Shown in pieces: positions 36,620 to 47,974 of a stretch of 64,000 nt of DNA. Numbering within the stretch: the stretch's first letter is position 1; each line of letters begins with the position of its first letter. The DNA comes from Octopus sinensis (lineage: Eukaryota), in contig NC_042999.1 in assembly GCF_006345805.1 (NCBI RefSeq), forward strand, positions 5,828,001-5,892,000, read 5' to 3'. A program made the translations under genes and the position numbers. A model generated the notes under the pieces. It searched no databases. It had not been told where the DNA came from and saw only the letters and a program-made list of their open reading frames with translations.

Positions 36620-37012
36620 AGGCGTAGGAGTGGCTGTGTGATAAGTAGCTCGCTTACTAACCACATGGTTCCAGGTTCAGTCCCACTGCATGGCACCTTG
36701 GGCAAGTGTCTTCTACTATAGCCTCAGGCTGACCAAAACCTTGTGAGTGGATTTGGTAGACGGAAACTGAAAGAAGCTCGTTGTATATATGTATATGTGT
36801 GTGTGTGTGTGTGTGTGTATTTGTCCCTCCCCCCAACATCGCTTGACAACCGATGCTGGTGTGTATACGTTCCTGTAACTTAGCCGTTCGGCAAAAGAGA
36901 CCGATAGAATAAATACTAGGCTTACAAAGAATAAGTCCTGGGGTTGATTTGCTCGACTAAAGGCGGTGCTCCAGCATGGCCACAGTCAAATGACTGAAAC
37001 AAGTAAAAGAGT
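36620..37012 (+). mobile_element. Family A SINE inserted in the Penelope element
   Basis: Full head, core and tail. Confidence 0.9.
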
Positions 37013-37189
37013 AAATTTAAGAAGAACCCATCAGTGGACCAGTCCAAATTTTCTGTAGAAAAGAAGAAAAAAGCAATTGCTAAACACTCAGGTGGCTCTA
37101 GTTATTTAACAGAAATTTAACCTCACCGGTTTCAAATCCCCTTAGCGCTAAACAATTTTATTACATTTCTTTTTATTTCTATATACTTC

Positions 37190-37624
37190 CAAAAAGGTGG
37201 ATGAAAACTTATGGTTGCAAAAAGGGATCACCTCAGAAAAATCTATTTAAAGTTTTTGGATGGCAAGGGATTCTTTTACACATAACTTACACTTATTTAT
37301 ATCTACTCTGAAGAAAGGGGTTCTCGAAATAAAGGACCATTCCAGAGAATAACTCTTATTATTCCTCTTTAGATCGTGTAAATAAGATGTGAGCATGGTA
37401 GAGCTACAGTATTTTTCTTTTGAGAATGAGCTCATGTGGACCCTATATCTAGCCTTAAAATTTACTGTACTACCTTTATAAAACCTATTTAAATTATCCT
37501 CATCCTTAACAATGCATTTATATATTACATTAGTAATTATACAGAACCCATCAAGGGGACATATTCCAGTGTTTCTACAATTACATGATTTCCCGGGGGC
37601 CATCCCTAACCTTATTTCTACCAC
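37190..37624 (-). pseudogene. GIY-YIG endonuclease domain of a Penelope-like retroelement
   Basis: CNCRNTGICPLDGFC..VIYKC..FYKGSTVNFKARYRVHMSSF..CKLCVKE, followed after a frameshift by LNRFSEVIPFCNHK. Confidence 0.85.
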
Positions 37625-38562
37625 TAACAGTACTTGTCAGGTTTCCCTTATTCACTCCTTCACATCTCTCATTACTGGGGTTCAATGCCCCAGGTGGAGC
37701 AAAATGTTGGCATCACTAACCCTAGGCATACCATAACTTATCTCTCCAGAACTAGGGTTTCCATCAAAAGCACACCTTGAGGGGTGGTGTTGTATGTAAA
37801 GTCGTCGACCCGAATTTAATGTTTGTTCTATAACCAATGCTTCTTTATCTTTGTCTCATTTATATTTGAGCACTTCTTTTGCAGTCCTATAAACCCTTTT
37901 GTTTCTATGATAAGGGACAAATATTATTTCTTGTTGTGTATATATATGTGTGTGCACGCACGTGTGTGTGTGTGTATAAATATATACGATGGGCTTCTTT
38001 CAGTTTCTGTCTACCAAATCCACTCACAAGGCTTTGGTTGGCTCATGGCTATAGTAGATGACACTTGCTCGAGGTGTCACACAGTGGGACTGAACTTGGA
38101 ACCATGTGGTTGAGAATCAAGCTTCTTACCACACAGCCACACCTGTGCCCTACATATGTATAATGGTAATTAGTATTACACATGTAATATATACATGCTT
38201 AATAACAATTGTCTATATAAGTAATACAATTTGGTCAATAATAACAAAAAGCTGTTTGTATAAGTAACAAAATTAATTACTGATGTTTAATTATGAAATA
38301 AAATATGTTTGATAATGTTGTTTACATATGTAATATATTGGGTCAATGATATGTGTGTGTGTATATATATATATTTCTCTGTTCATAATTTTATACACTC
38401 CTTGTTTTTCTTTTGTATAATACAATAGATTCTAAGTGTTTTGTAGAATGTAGTTGAATCTATATATTGTGACTTCAATTTATATGTATACCAAATTGAA
38501 TATACAACCGAAAGAGCTACCAATAGTTTCATGCTATTTCATGAATGTGAAAACACACACAC

Positions 38563-38607
<45 letters not shown>

Positions 38608-38921
38608 TACGGTATATACATACCATACACATACACATACATACATATATATATATGTCTATATGAATTGGAGGTTAAATAACCATTTAAAGGATAATAA
38701 ATATCCAATATACTAATGGATGTATACCTATGTATTTATATCCAAGTGCTTACTGTTGCGGGGCAGTAGTGCAATTGAATAATAGGTATGAGTGGGGGTA
38801 AGGCAGAAATTTACCCAGAATTTATAAGGCAAATAAGAAAATGGAGAGGATAATCAATCGACAAATATCAGCCTATAAACATTCATTTGGGTCTATTTAG
38901 TAATCAATTACAATCATATTA

Positions 38922-39287
38922 CTCTTTACTCTTTTACTTGTCTCAGTCATTTGACTGTGGCCATGCTGGAGCCTTTAGTCGAGCAAATTGACCCCAGGAC
39001 TTATTTGTTGTAAGCCTAAACTGCTAAATGATGGAGACATAAACACACCAGCATCGGTTGTCAAGCAATGCTAGGGAAACAAACACAGACACACAAACAC
39101 ACACACATATATATACATATATACGACGGGCTTCTTTCAGTTTCCGTCTACCAAATTCACTCACAAGGCTTTGTTCGGCCTGTGGCTATAGTAGAAGACA
39201 CTTGCCTAAGATGCCGCGCAGTGGGACTGAACCCGGAACCATGTGGTTGGGAAGCAAGTTTCTTACAACATAGGCACTCCTGCGCCT
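38922..39287 (-). mobile_element. Family A SINE
   Basis: Reverse complement of the consensus. Confidence 0.85.
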
Positions 39288-39663
39288 CAATGGCCCAGTG
39301 GTTAGGGCAGTGGACTCGCGGTCATAGGATCGCGGTTTCGATTCCCAGACCGGGCGTTGTGAGTGTTTATTGAGCGAAAACACCTAAAAGCTCCACGAGG
39401 CTCCGGCAGGGGGTGGTGATCCCTGCTGTACTCTTTCACCACAACTTTCTCTCACTCTTACTTCCTGTTTCTGTTGTACCTGTATTTCAAGGGGCCGGCC
39501 TTGTCACTCTCTGTGTCACGCTGAATATCCCCGAGAATTACGTTAAGGGTACACGTGTCTGTGGAGTGCTCAGCCACTTACACGTTAATTTCACGAGCAG
39601 GCTGTTCCGTTGATTCGGATCAACCGGAACCCTCGTCGTCGTAACCGACGGAGTGCTTCCACA
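39288..39663 (+). mobile_element. Family B SINE inserted at the 5' end of a family A SINE, with a 13-bp TSD
   Basis: TSD CACTCCTGCGCCT (39275-39287) / CACTCCTGCACCT (39664-39676); CpG-rich and little decayed. Confidence 0.85.
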
Positions 39664-39749
39664 CACTCCTGCACCTATGTATAAGTAATCAAAATAAATA
39701 AATAAATAAAATATTAAGAATAAATGAGTGAAAAATACTAAACTCTTAC

Positions 39750-39917
39750 AACTGTTTCTATTCTGGGGGTGTCCATCTTGCTAACTTGGCGTAAGGGAGA
39801 TATTGTACGTAAAGGGGCACGCTCCGGAAAGGGGCTGCAATGGCAGACGGCAACAGGGAAATCGAACTGTTGAAATGTTGCAGAAGGTGATGGGTTGACA
39901 TTGGATTGCTGGTGTGG
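39750..39917 (-). CDS. Candidate internal coding exon (168 bp, phase 0-0) of an unidentified host gene
   Basis: Acceptor tttatgattcttcttctacAG, donor GTAAGAG; open frame PHQQSNVNPSPSATFQQFDFPVAVCHCSPFPERAPLRTISPLRQVSKMDTPRIETV; matches no other sequence in the window and retains CpG. Strong-context internal ATG (AAGATGG). Confidence 0.55.
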
Positions 39918-40172
39918 CTGTAGAAGAAGAATCATAAACTGAGCCAATGCAGTCACATGAGAACATGTGGTAAGGAATTACTTGACAAAATAAGGCATAA
40001 TTGTTTCTGCATGGCATGTATATAGCATGTCTGTATTTTTGTATGTTGTGCAAGTTAACGAAATATAAGCAAATGAATGGAGTAGAAGCACATGTGTGGA
40101 ACTGCTAATTTAACAGTAAATGCCACAATAATTATTACAGAGAGAGACAAAGAATTATATATATATATATAT

Positions 40173-40605
40173 GTTAGTTAGTTAGTTAATTTTTTGGCTC
40201 AAAAAGCAAAAAGCAAGACCATGTAGGGGGACATGGAGTTATGTACAGGGTGGTGTTCATGTAAAGAGTTCAGGCCACTTGTGGTCAAGGGAGACTTTGA
40301 ACCGAGCGGTCATCAGCATCTTCACCATCTCGTACGGCAGCTTATTCCACAGATCCGCAACCCGGATGGAGAAAGCCCCTCTCCTTCGATTGAGATGAAA
40401 TCGTCGCAGATAGAGCTTTTCGGAATGACCCCGCAGCCGACGCTCTGGAGCAGGAGTGAAGAACAGCTCTTTCGAGAGGTTACACTTTCCGCTTATGATG
40501 TTGTGAGCATGAATGAGATCACCACGGTGTCGTCATTTTTCTAGAGAATAAAGGTCGAGCGTCTTCAGCCTTTCTTCATAAGACAAATGCTTGAGACCAA
40601 GAACC
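40173..40605 (-). mobile_element. Young CR1-clade LINE 3' end with a (TAAC)n tail (family J)
   Basis: EERLKTLDLYSL..RGDLI..LRGHSEKL..FSIRVADLWNKLP; nearly identical to 56616-56990 and 63345-63482. Confidence 0.85.
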
Positions 40606-40624
40606 ATGCGGTTCTTATATGTAT

Positions 40625-40900
40625 ATATATCTGTAAAATAATATGTGACAATTGTTCGGTAGCCAAGATAAAACTCTGAGTTTCGGATGCCGAAGTGGAA
40701 ATCCACAACACGATCTCTTCGGTTATCTGGCCATCTCAGGAAAAATAAATAAGAGATGGCCAGATAACCAAAGAGATGGTGGTGTGGATTTCCACCATGG
40801 CTACCGAACAATTGTCACATATTATATTTACAGATAAATTCCTCTATTTACATAATATTGAGGTCTCTTTCTTTCTTTTGTTATCTTACCGTTTTTACCA
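40625..40900. mobile_element. Family I repeat with an inverted partial duplication and a minus-strand hammerhead motif (40662-40731)
   Basis: Minus strand GCCAGATAA-CCGAAGA-GATC..CATCC-GAAA-CTCAGAG-TT-TTATCTTGGC. Confidence 0.65.
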
Positions 40901-41001
40901 ATATATATATATATAAGAAAAATTTCTTAATGCAAGGGTAAATTTGTAATTGTAAATACCTTGCAACCTTGCAACTGCTGCGATAATTATTAATTGAGGG
41001 G

Positions 41002-41361
41002 CGGTTGGATGGAACTTACACTCGCCTCCTTATGAGAGCTCAAAATCTCTCATGGAAGTGTCATCCAACCAAAGTACAAATATATGGGAAATTACCACCT
41101 GTATCATCTCTTGTGAAAGGTAGAAGAGTCCAGTTTGCTGGACATTGTTGTAGAGCTGAAAACGAGGTAATTTCTACTCTTCTCCTCTGGAAGCCATCTA
41201 CTCACGATACCAGAGGGCGCACACTCTCCTACCCTGATGTAATCTCCAGGGATACAGGCATCCAGCAACAGGACCTCCGTAATGCTATGATGGACCGTGA
41301 AGTCTGGCGTAACATAGTAAATTCCTTTGTCTCGACCACGGTCGAACAATGATGATGATGA
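41002..41361 (+). mobile_element. RTE-X-like LINE 3' end, frame intact, (TGA)n tail
   Basis: LDGTYTRLLMRAQNLSWK.HPT..IYG.LPP..RRVQFAGHC.R..DREVWR; no stop in 115 codons. Confidence 0.8.
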
Positions 41362-41479
41362 TTAGCTGGTAATGGAACAGTAACTGTGTATTGTTGTACA
41401 TATCTTGGACCTTGCCACCTCATTGGTTTTTTTCAAGAGTTTCACTTCTAGAACTCACAAAAATACTTTCAGGCTTGTC

Positions 41480-41825
41480 AGTTGTCACATATGTGACATG
41501 GTACCAAAGATCCCAACATCACCATCAAAATAAGGACCAGATACTGCAACAGCTTGGGTTTCAGAGGACCACAGCTCTTCGATATCCTTCCTAAATGCCT
41601 GAGAGACCTTCATGGTGTGGATGTGGGTTTCTTTAAAACTAAACTGGATCTCTTCTTGTCAAGGGTCCCAGATGAACCTACCTCTTGGCAGGAAACACAG
41701 ATGCAGACAGCGGCATCGAACTCCCTTGTTGATCAAGTGCCACGAATCAGAGGTGGTTTTACATACTAGTGTAGCTCATTCAACGGTGGTGCCCCAGCAT
41801 GGCCACAGCCTTCGCGCTGAAACAT
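41480..41825 (+). mobile_element. CR1-clade LINE 3' fragment whose tail matches the family A SINE tail
   Basis: GFRGPQLFDILPKCLRDLHGVDVGFFKTKLDLFLSRVPDEP..SNSLVDQV, then GGTGGTGCCCCAGCATGGCCACAG..CTGAAACA. Confidence 0.8.
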
Positions 41826-42289
41826 TTTTAAGGATTTAAGGATATGTATATATATATGTAGATGTGTGTGTGTGTTTAATAAGGTATGTAATGCGGAAAT
41901 ACACACACTCACAGACAGACATACTCTTATATGCAAAACGTGACATCATCATGGCATTAAATGTTCTTGACATACACTCACAGACATATACTAAGATAGC
42001 CACAGAGACATACATTCATGCATGTCAGTCATTACATATGTATATGTATGTGTAGATGTGTGTGTGTGTTTGATAACATAGAAAGACACACACACATACT
42101 ATGGGACACTTACACGCTCATACACTTGACATCACCCACCTCCAGTTCAATGTAATTCCACAAACACCAGTTGCTGACGTCACATAATTCCAAACCAATG
42201 AAAACCGAACTTCAATGAATACAAGGAAAAGACCCTTTAAGAAAACCAACCAACCTATAACCATATCCTGCAAATAAACCAACCATGAG

Positions 42290-42640
42290 TTGGATGATAT
42301 GACTGGGGGCTGGTGAACCAGATGGCTGCACCAGACTCCAATCTGATCTGGCAGAGTTTCTACAGCTGGATGCCCTTCCTAATGCCAACCACTCCGAGAG
42401 TGTTGTGGGTGCTGTTTTATGTGCCACCGGCACGGGGGCCAGTCAGGCGGTACTGGTAACGACCTTGCTCGAATTTTTTTTACGTGTCACCTGCACAAGT
42501 GCCAGTAGGGCGATGCTTGTAACGATCATGCTTGAACGGTGCCTTTTATGTGCCACCAGTACGGAAGCCAGTTAGCCGCTCTGGCAACGATCACGCTTGG
42601 ATGGTGCTCTTAGCACCCCACTAGCATGGGGCACAAGTGC
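42290..42640 (-). mobile_element. Family E repeat
   Basis: Core and VNTR units. Confidence 0.8.
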
Positions 42641-43082
42641 CAGTATATATATTGAGAAAAAAAAAGTCGTCAGAATTTTGGGAAAAAAATCCTTTTATTT
42701 CTTCATAATAATTAGCGCTTTCATTCCGCTCCAGAACTTGTCAAATATAATTTTATTGATGTACAAACAACTTGTTTATTTATATAAAACAGGTGTTTTT
42801 TTTTTCGGTTTTGTTGTTTTGGGGTGAGGTTCCAAGACAATGGAGATGGATAGATACATAGATCTTTATAGATAGATGGAAAAATAGATTGATAGATAGT
42901 CAGACAGATAGACAGATCGGTAGGGGGAAAGAGAGAGAGAGAGAGAGAGAAGGGGTATCCACCTTCCTATTCTTCATTCATTCATTTATTTCTTTACTTA
43001 GTCCTTTACCATTGTCTCAATATTCAATTCTGTACATCACACCTAACACTCTATACATACATATATATACATATACATATAT

Positions 43083-43158
<76 letters not shown>

Positions 43159-43219
43159 CATCATCATCATCATCATTTAACATCTATTTTCCATATACAC
43201 ACATGCATATATATATATA

Positions 43220-43450
43220 ACAGGAAGCTTTATAAAAATAAACAAAAGACGAAGGCAGGTGGAATACAAACAAACAATTGTATTAGTATGGTGCTCAGGA
43301 ATATAAATAAAACAAGTCTTTTACGTTTCGAGCCTACGCTCTTCAACAGAAAGATACACAGAAAAGAAACAAGGAAAGAAAAAAAATGCGTGCAGAAGCT
43401 AGCGATTCAACATGGCGATTCTGGCCAGAAGTCAGAGACCAAACGTGAGA
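43220..43450 (-). mobile_element. Family G repeat with the best-preserved variant hammerhead (43317-43354)
   Basis: Minus strand TCTTT-CTGTTGA-A-GAG(CGTAGG)CTC-GAAA-CG-TA-AAAGA. Confidence 0.6.
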
Positions 43451-44802
43451 TATATATATATATATCTCACTCTTTCAAACAACACACTACACTTAAACAC
43501 AAGCATCCTAATCCTCCAAAGAAGTTTTTCCAACGACTATTATTGAACTCTAAAAGCATAAAGACTCTACAATGTATTGGTATACTTATTTATTAATTTT
43601 TCTATATATGTATTATTATTTTTTCGAAAAAACATTGTAAATTTCTTTTTCCACTTCCTCAATTTAAAAAAAGATTTTTCCCCTTCCAAATCTTGAAAAT
43701 TTGCCTTGCTTTGAAAACCGGTTTGATTTATTATTTTTTCTTTTTTAATTTTTCATACACCCATTTTTATTAAAATTTACTTTCAATTTAGCATTCTGCC
43801 TTTTTACAATTTTTCCTCTCCTATCATTTCTCCATGTACAGTTAACACAACCCCACCATTTACTGACTTACATATATACATATATTCCAACCGAAGAGAT
43901 TTTTATAAGTTGCAATGTTGCAGCTACTATTACATATATGATTTTATAGTTTCTAGTGGGTATATAATTAGGAGACTTACTTACATTAAAGCTATTACAA
44001 ATATATATATAAAATGATATGTATCATAGAAAGGAACAAATAGTTTAATCACCAAAAACATGATGAAGTCAGACTAACTAGGCTGGAGTTATCATGAGAC
44101 AGTAATTATATATAGTGTATAGCACACCACATACCATAACATATAGCTTATAACATATGCAATACACTTTAATTCACCATATAACATAATATCCCATGAT
44201 TTTATCATATTTGATACTGGAGGGTAAGTTTATAACGGATACGACACCAAAATTAATTTCCACCAAAAAAGTTCAAGAATAGCACCTAAAATCACTAATT
44301 ATGAAAATACAGACACAACCTTCTAGTCTTAGATTTGGTAGTAGATAAAAAGACAAATAAATTAGAGATGAACTACAATCCTTTACTGACCCCAGTAAGC
44401 TTTAAAGATTTCTTAGAAGTGTAGTATATTCTTAGCTACAATAGCGACAACATGGATTTCTTCCATCTTCTGGCTCTGTTAAAATATTTGAGTAAAATCA
44501 TATTAATGTGTCCTACTGGTTAAAATTCCATTTATTTGTGCAGCTGAAGATAGCTCTGTATTTAAATTGATGTAATGATTGCATTGTTCAATTAAATGGA
44601 GCCACTTAAAGTAGTCGTACTGCATCACTTCTTGATATATTGTTGCTTATTTATATACATACATACATACATATATATATATATATATTATGTATATATA
44701 TTATATATATATTATTTTATTTATTAGGGAATAAAAATTCCAGCGTCACAGGGATTCAAATAAATTGAATTATTCTCGATAAGGAAATATATGTTATTTA
44801 GA

Positions 44803-44851
<49 letters not shown>

Positions 44852-44876
44852 CATACATATATAAACATATATATAT

Positions 44877-45350
44877 CATCATCATCAACATTGTTTAATG
44901 TCCGTTTTTCCATGCTGATATCGGTTGGACGGTTTGACTAGAGACTGGCAATGTTTCTACAGTTGGATGCTCTTCCTAATGCCAACCCCTCTGAGAGTGT
45001 AGTGTGTGCTTTTTACATGCCACCGGCACAAGGAGCCAGTCAGCCAGCACTAGCATTGACCATGTTTGGATGGTGCTTTTTATGTGCCTCCGGCACAGGA
45101 GCCAATTGGAACAGGAACGGGCGTGCTTGCATCGACCATGTCTGGATGGTGCTCTTTATGTGCCACTGGCACCACAGGGAGCCAGTCAGGTGGCTCTAGC
45201 TGCGACCCACGCATGAATAAATGGTGCTTATTGCATGTCACAAGCCAGTGGTAATGGCCACAGCTACAATTTCCATTTGATTTGATTTACTTGACTGAAT
45301 AGGTCTCCTCAAGCATGGAATGTTGCCCCTAAGAGTCAAAGGTACTTCGA
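44877..45350 (-). mobile_element. Older family E variant
   Basis: Diverged tail, core and three units. Confidence 0.75.
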
Positions 45351-45472
45351 AATGGGATGGTTATGCAAGACTGGTGTAGGTTACAGCTGTTATCTCACTT
45401 CACTTGCCGAGTTTACTCAATCACAGCACAACTCCAGAGGTCACAGTCTTTCATCATTGCCTCTGTATATAC

Positions 45473-45504
<32 letters not shown>

Positions 45505-45630
45505 CTACATAAATATATATATATATATATATACATTAATATATATATATACATAAATATATATATATCCATATACATGTACATATATACATACATATAT
45601 ATATATCCATATATACATAAATATATATAT

Positions 45631-45679
<49 letters not shown>

Positions 45680-45769
45680 TATATATATACACACACATAC
45701 ATATATGCATACATATTTATATACATACATATATATATATACAAACATATATATATGTACATACATATA

Positions 45770-45800
<31 letters not shown>

Positions 45801-45829
45801 TATATATATATACACACACATATACATAT

Positions 45830-46030
45830 ATAGGGGGAGAATTCATGAAAAGAAAAAAAAAAGACGAAGGCAGGTGGTGTAGACAACAAACAGATGTATT
45901 AGTTTAACGCTCGGGAATAGAAAAAGTCTTTAATGATTTGAACCTATGCTCTTCCACAGAAAGGAACACAGAAAGAAAATAAAGAATGTGCAGTGGCTAG
46001 CAATCTATCATGGCGAAGGCCGGACGTTTA
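45830..46030 (-). mobile_element. Family G repeat (degraded)
   Basis: Homology to 15683-15938. Confidence 0.65.
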
Positions 46031-46113
46031 TATATATATACATACATGTATATATATATTTCCACGAACGTTAATCTAATACACCTGCCTGTCTTTTGTT
46101 TTCTGCAGATTTG

Positions 46114-46152
<39 letters not shown>

Positions 46153-46230
46153 TAATATATAAATATATATATATATATAAATATATATATATATAAATAT
46201 ATATATATATAATATATATAAATATATATA

Positions 46231-46278
<48 letters not shown>

Positions 46279-46310
46279 ATATATATAGATATAAATATAT
46301 ATAAATATAT

Positions 46311-46341
<31 letters not shown>

Positions 46342-46385
46342 AATATATATATAAATATATATAATATATGTATGTATAATTTGTA

Positions 46386-46554
46386 GGTTCTACATAAGAA
46401 GAGTGGTCCCGGTGCGCGCACTCGCACTAGCTAGTCGATCCTACAACGCCTACTTAGCAAAGTAAATAAAACACAAAACACAAAGTAAGGATCGAATAGT
46501 CGCGACTAGCTAGCGCGGATGCGCGCACCTGGACCACTCTTCTTGAGTAGTACC
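46386..46554. mobile_element. Merlin-like MITE (GG..CC termini, 9-bp TSD)
   Basis: TIR GGTTCTACATAAGAAGAGTGGTCCCGGTGCGCGCAC..; TSD TAATTTGTA on both sides; same family as 50330-50568. Confidence 0.8.
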
Positions 46555-46569
46555 TAATTTGTATAATTT

Positions 46570-46904
46570 TCACTTTTGCTTTATATATACATATATATTT
46601 GTCTGTATATATATATATATTTGTCTATATATTATATATATTTGTCTATATATATATATTATATTTGTCTATATATATATATATATATTTGTCTATATAT
46701 ATATATATATTGTCTATATATATATATTATATTTGTCTATATATATATATATATATATACATATATATTTGTCTGTATATATATATATATATATATATAT
46801 ACTTGTCTATATATAATATATATTACTTGTCTATATATATATATATACTTGTCTATATATATATATATATACTTGTCTATATATATATATATATATATAC
46901 TTGT

Positions 46905-46955
<51 letters not shown>

Positions 46956-47015
46956 CTTGTCTATATATATATATATATACTTGTCTATATATATATACAT
47001 ATTTGTCTATATATA
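46570..47015. repeat. Compound (TA)n-TTGTC minisatellite
   Basis: About 19 TTGTC punctuation marks separated by variable (TA)n. Confidence 0.9.
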
Positions 47016-47645
47016 AACTTAGATATGTTTCGACCAAGATTGGTCCAGGCCATGTCTAACTTAATAGCACCACCTGAGAAGATATATATATATATATATA
47101 TATATTTGTCTCTCTCTCTCTCTATATATATATATTTGTGTGTGTGTGTCTCTCTATATATGTGTGTGTGTGTGTGTGGTGAATAATATTATTTCTGAAT
47201 CGCGATGGAGATGAAATAAAGGGCCGTCCAAAGACATTCTCCATTATTCTTTCTAATGAACCTGGTTGCTTGTGGTGAATGAAAAATCTTTGTTTTCTTT
47301 TTTTTATCCTCAATAATGATCGTTGCGATATTCCACGACGGAGTCGTCTAATCTGCTAGACATAGTAGCCAAAACTCCACAAATCTCCCTGAAATCACAC
47401 TCTACCGTTGTAAAATTGAATGTCTCATTTGTTCCTATGTATTCCTCAACACTCGAACTCTTAAGAAAAAGAGAATCGATGGGGCGATCAAATGTTGGAC
47501 ACGTTCGTTAGTCTCCTGCGAGAATACTGGCCTGTGGTTAAATAACTTTCGACTTGCTCTATGTGACTCGATAGGGGAGAGAGGAGACATCGTAGTAGTG
47601 GAGTGGCTGAGAGCTTCGCTTGTATTCCGAGTGAATACAACTTAC

Positions 47646-47722
47646 CATTGGCCACCCGTTTGTTATTGTGAAGTGAGTGGCGTATGAATAACTGGGATGT
47701 TTTATAACTTGTGAAGTCATTC
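47646..47722 (-). other. Candidate first exon (3' part) ending in ATG|GTAAGT
   Basis: Perfect donor GTAAGT at 47645-47640; CpG-rich unique context; an upstream in-frame ATG would give MTSQVIKHPSYSYATHFTITNGWPM. Confidence 0.45.
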
Positions 47723-47724
47723 AC

Positions 47725-47943
47725 AGAGAGAGAGAGATAGAGGAAATAGACAGAAAGAAAAAAGAAAGAGAGAGAGGAGAGGAAATAGACAGAGAGAAAA
47801 GATAGGGAGAGAGGAAATAGACAGAGAGGAAAAATACAGAGAGGAAGAGGGGAGAGAAAGGAAATAGACAGAGAGAAAAGAAAGAGAGGGGAGAGGGGAG
47901 AGAAAGGAAATAGACAAAGAGAGAGGAAATAGACAGAGAGAAA

Positions 47944-47974
<31 letters not shown>

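Larger units (their letters stand above)
35965..37848 (-). mobile_element. Penelope-like element remnant bounded by about 70-bp inverted repeats
   Basis: Inverted repeats at 35965-36032 and 37777-37848 enclose a GIY-YIG ORF, a hammerhead and an inserted family A SINE. Confidence 0.7.

Noticed and set aside
39288-39360. tRNA-like sequences (also 1411, 5223, 13803, 21810)
   Set aside because: They have A/B boxes but run into SINE bodies, lack a complete acceptor stem, and are flanked by TSDs or tails; these are SINE heads, not tRNA genes.
43850-44640. Possible mitochondrial insertion (NUMT)
   Set aside because: I could not recognise any mitochondrial protein or rRNA motif by manual translation or inspection; not excluded without BLAST.
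45352-47016. Long Y/I-rich ORFs (up to 176 aa)
   Set aside because: Translations of (TA)n/(CA)n microsatellites.
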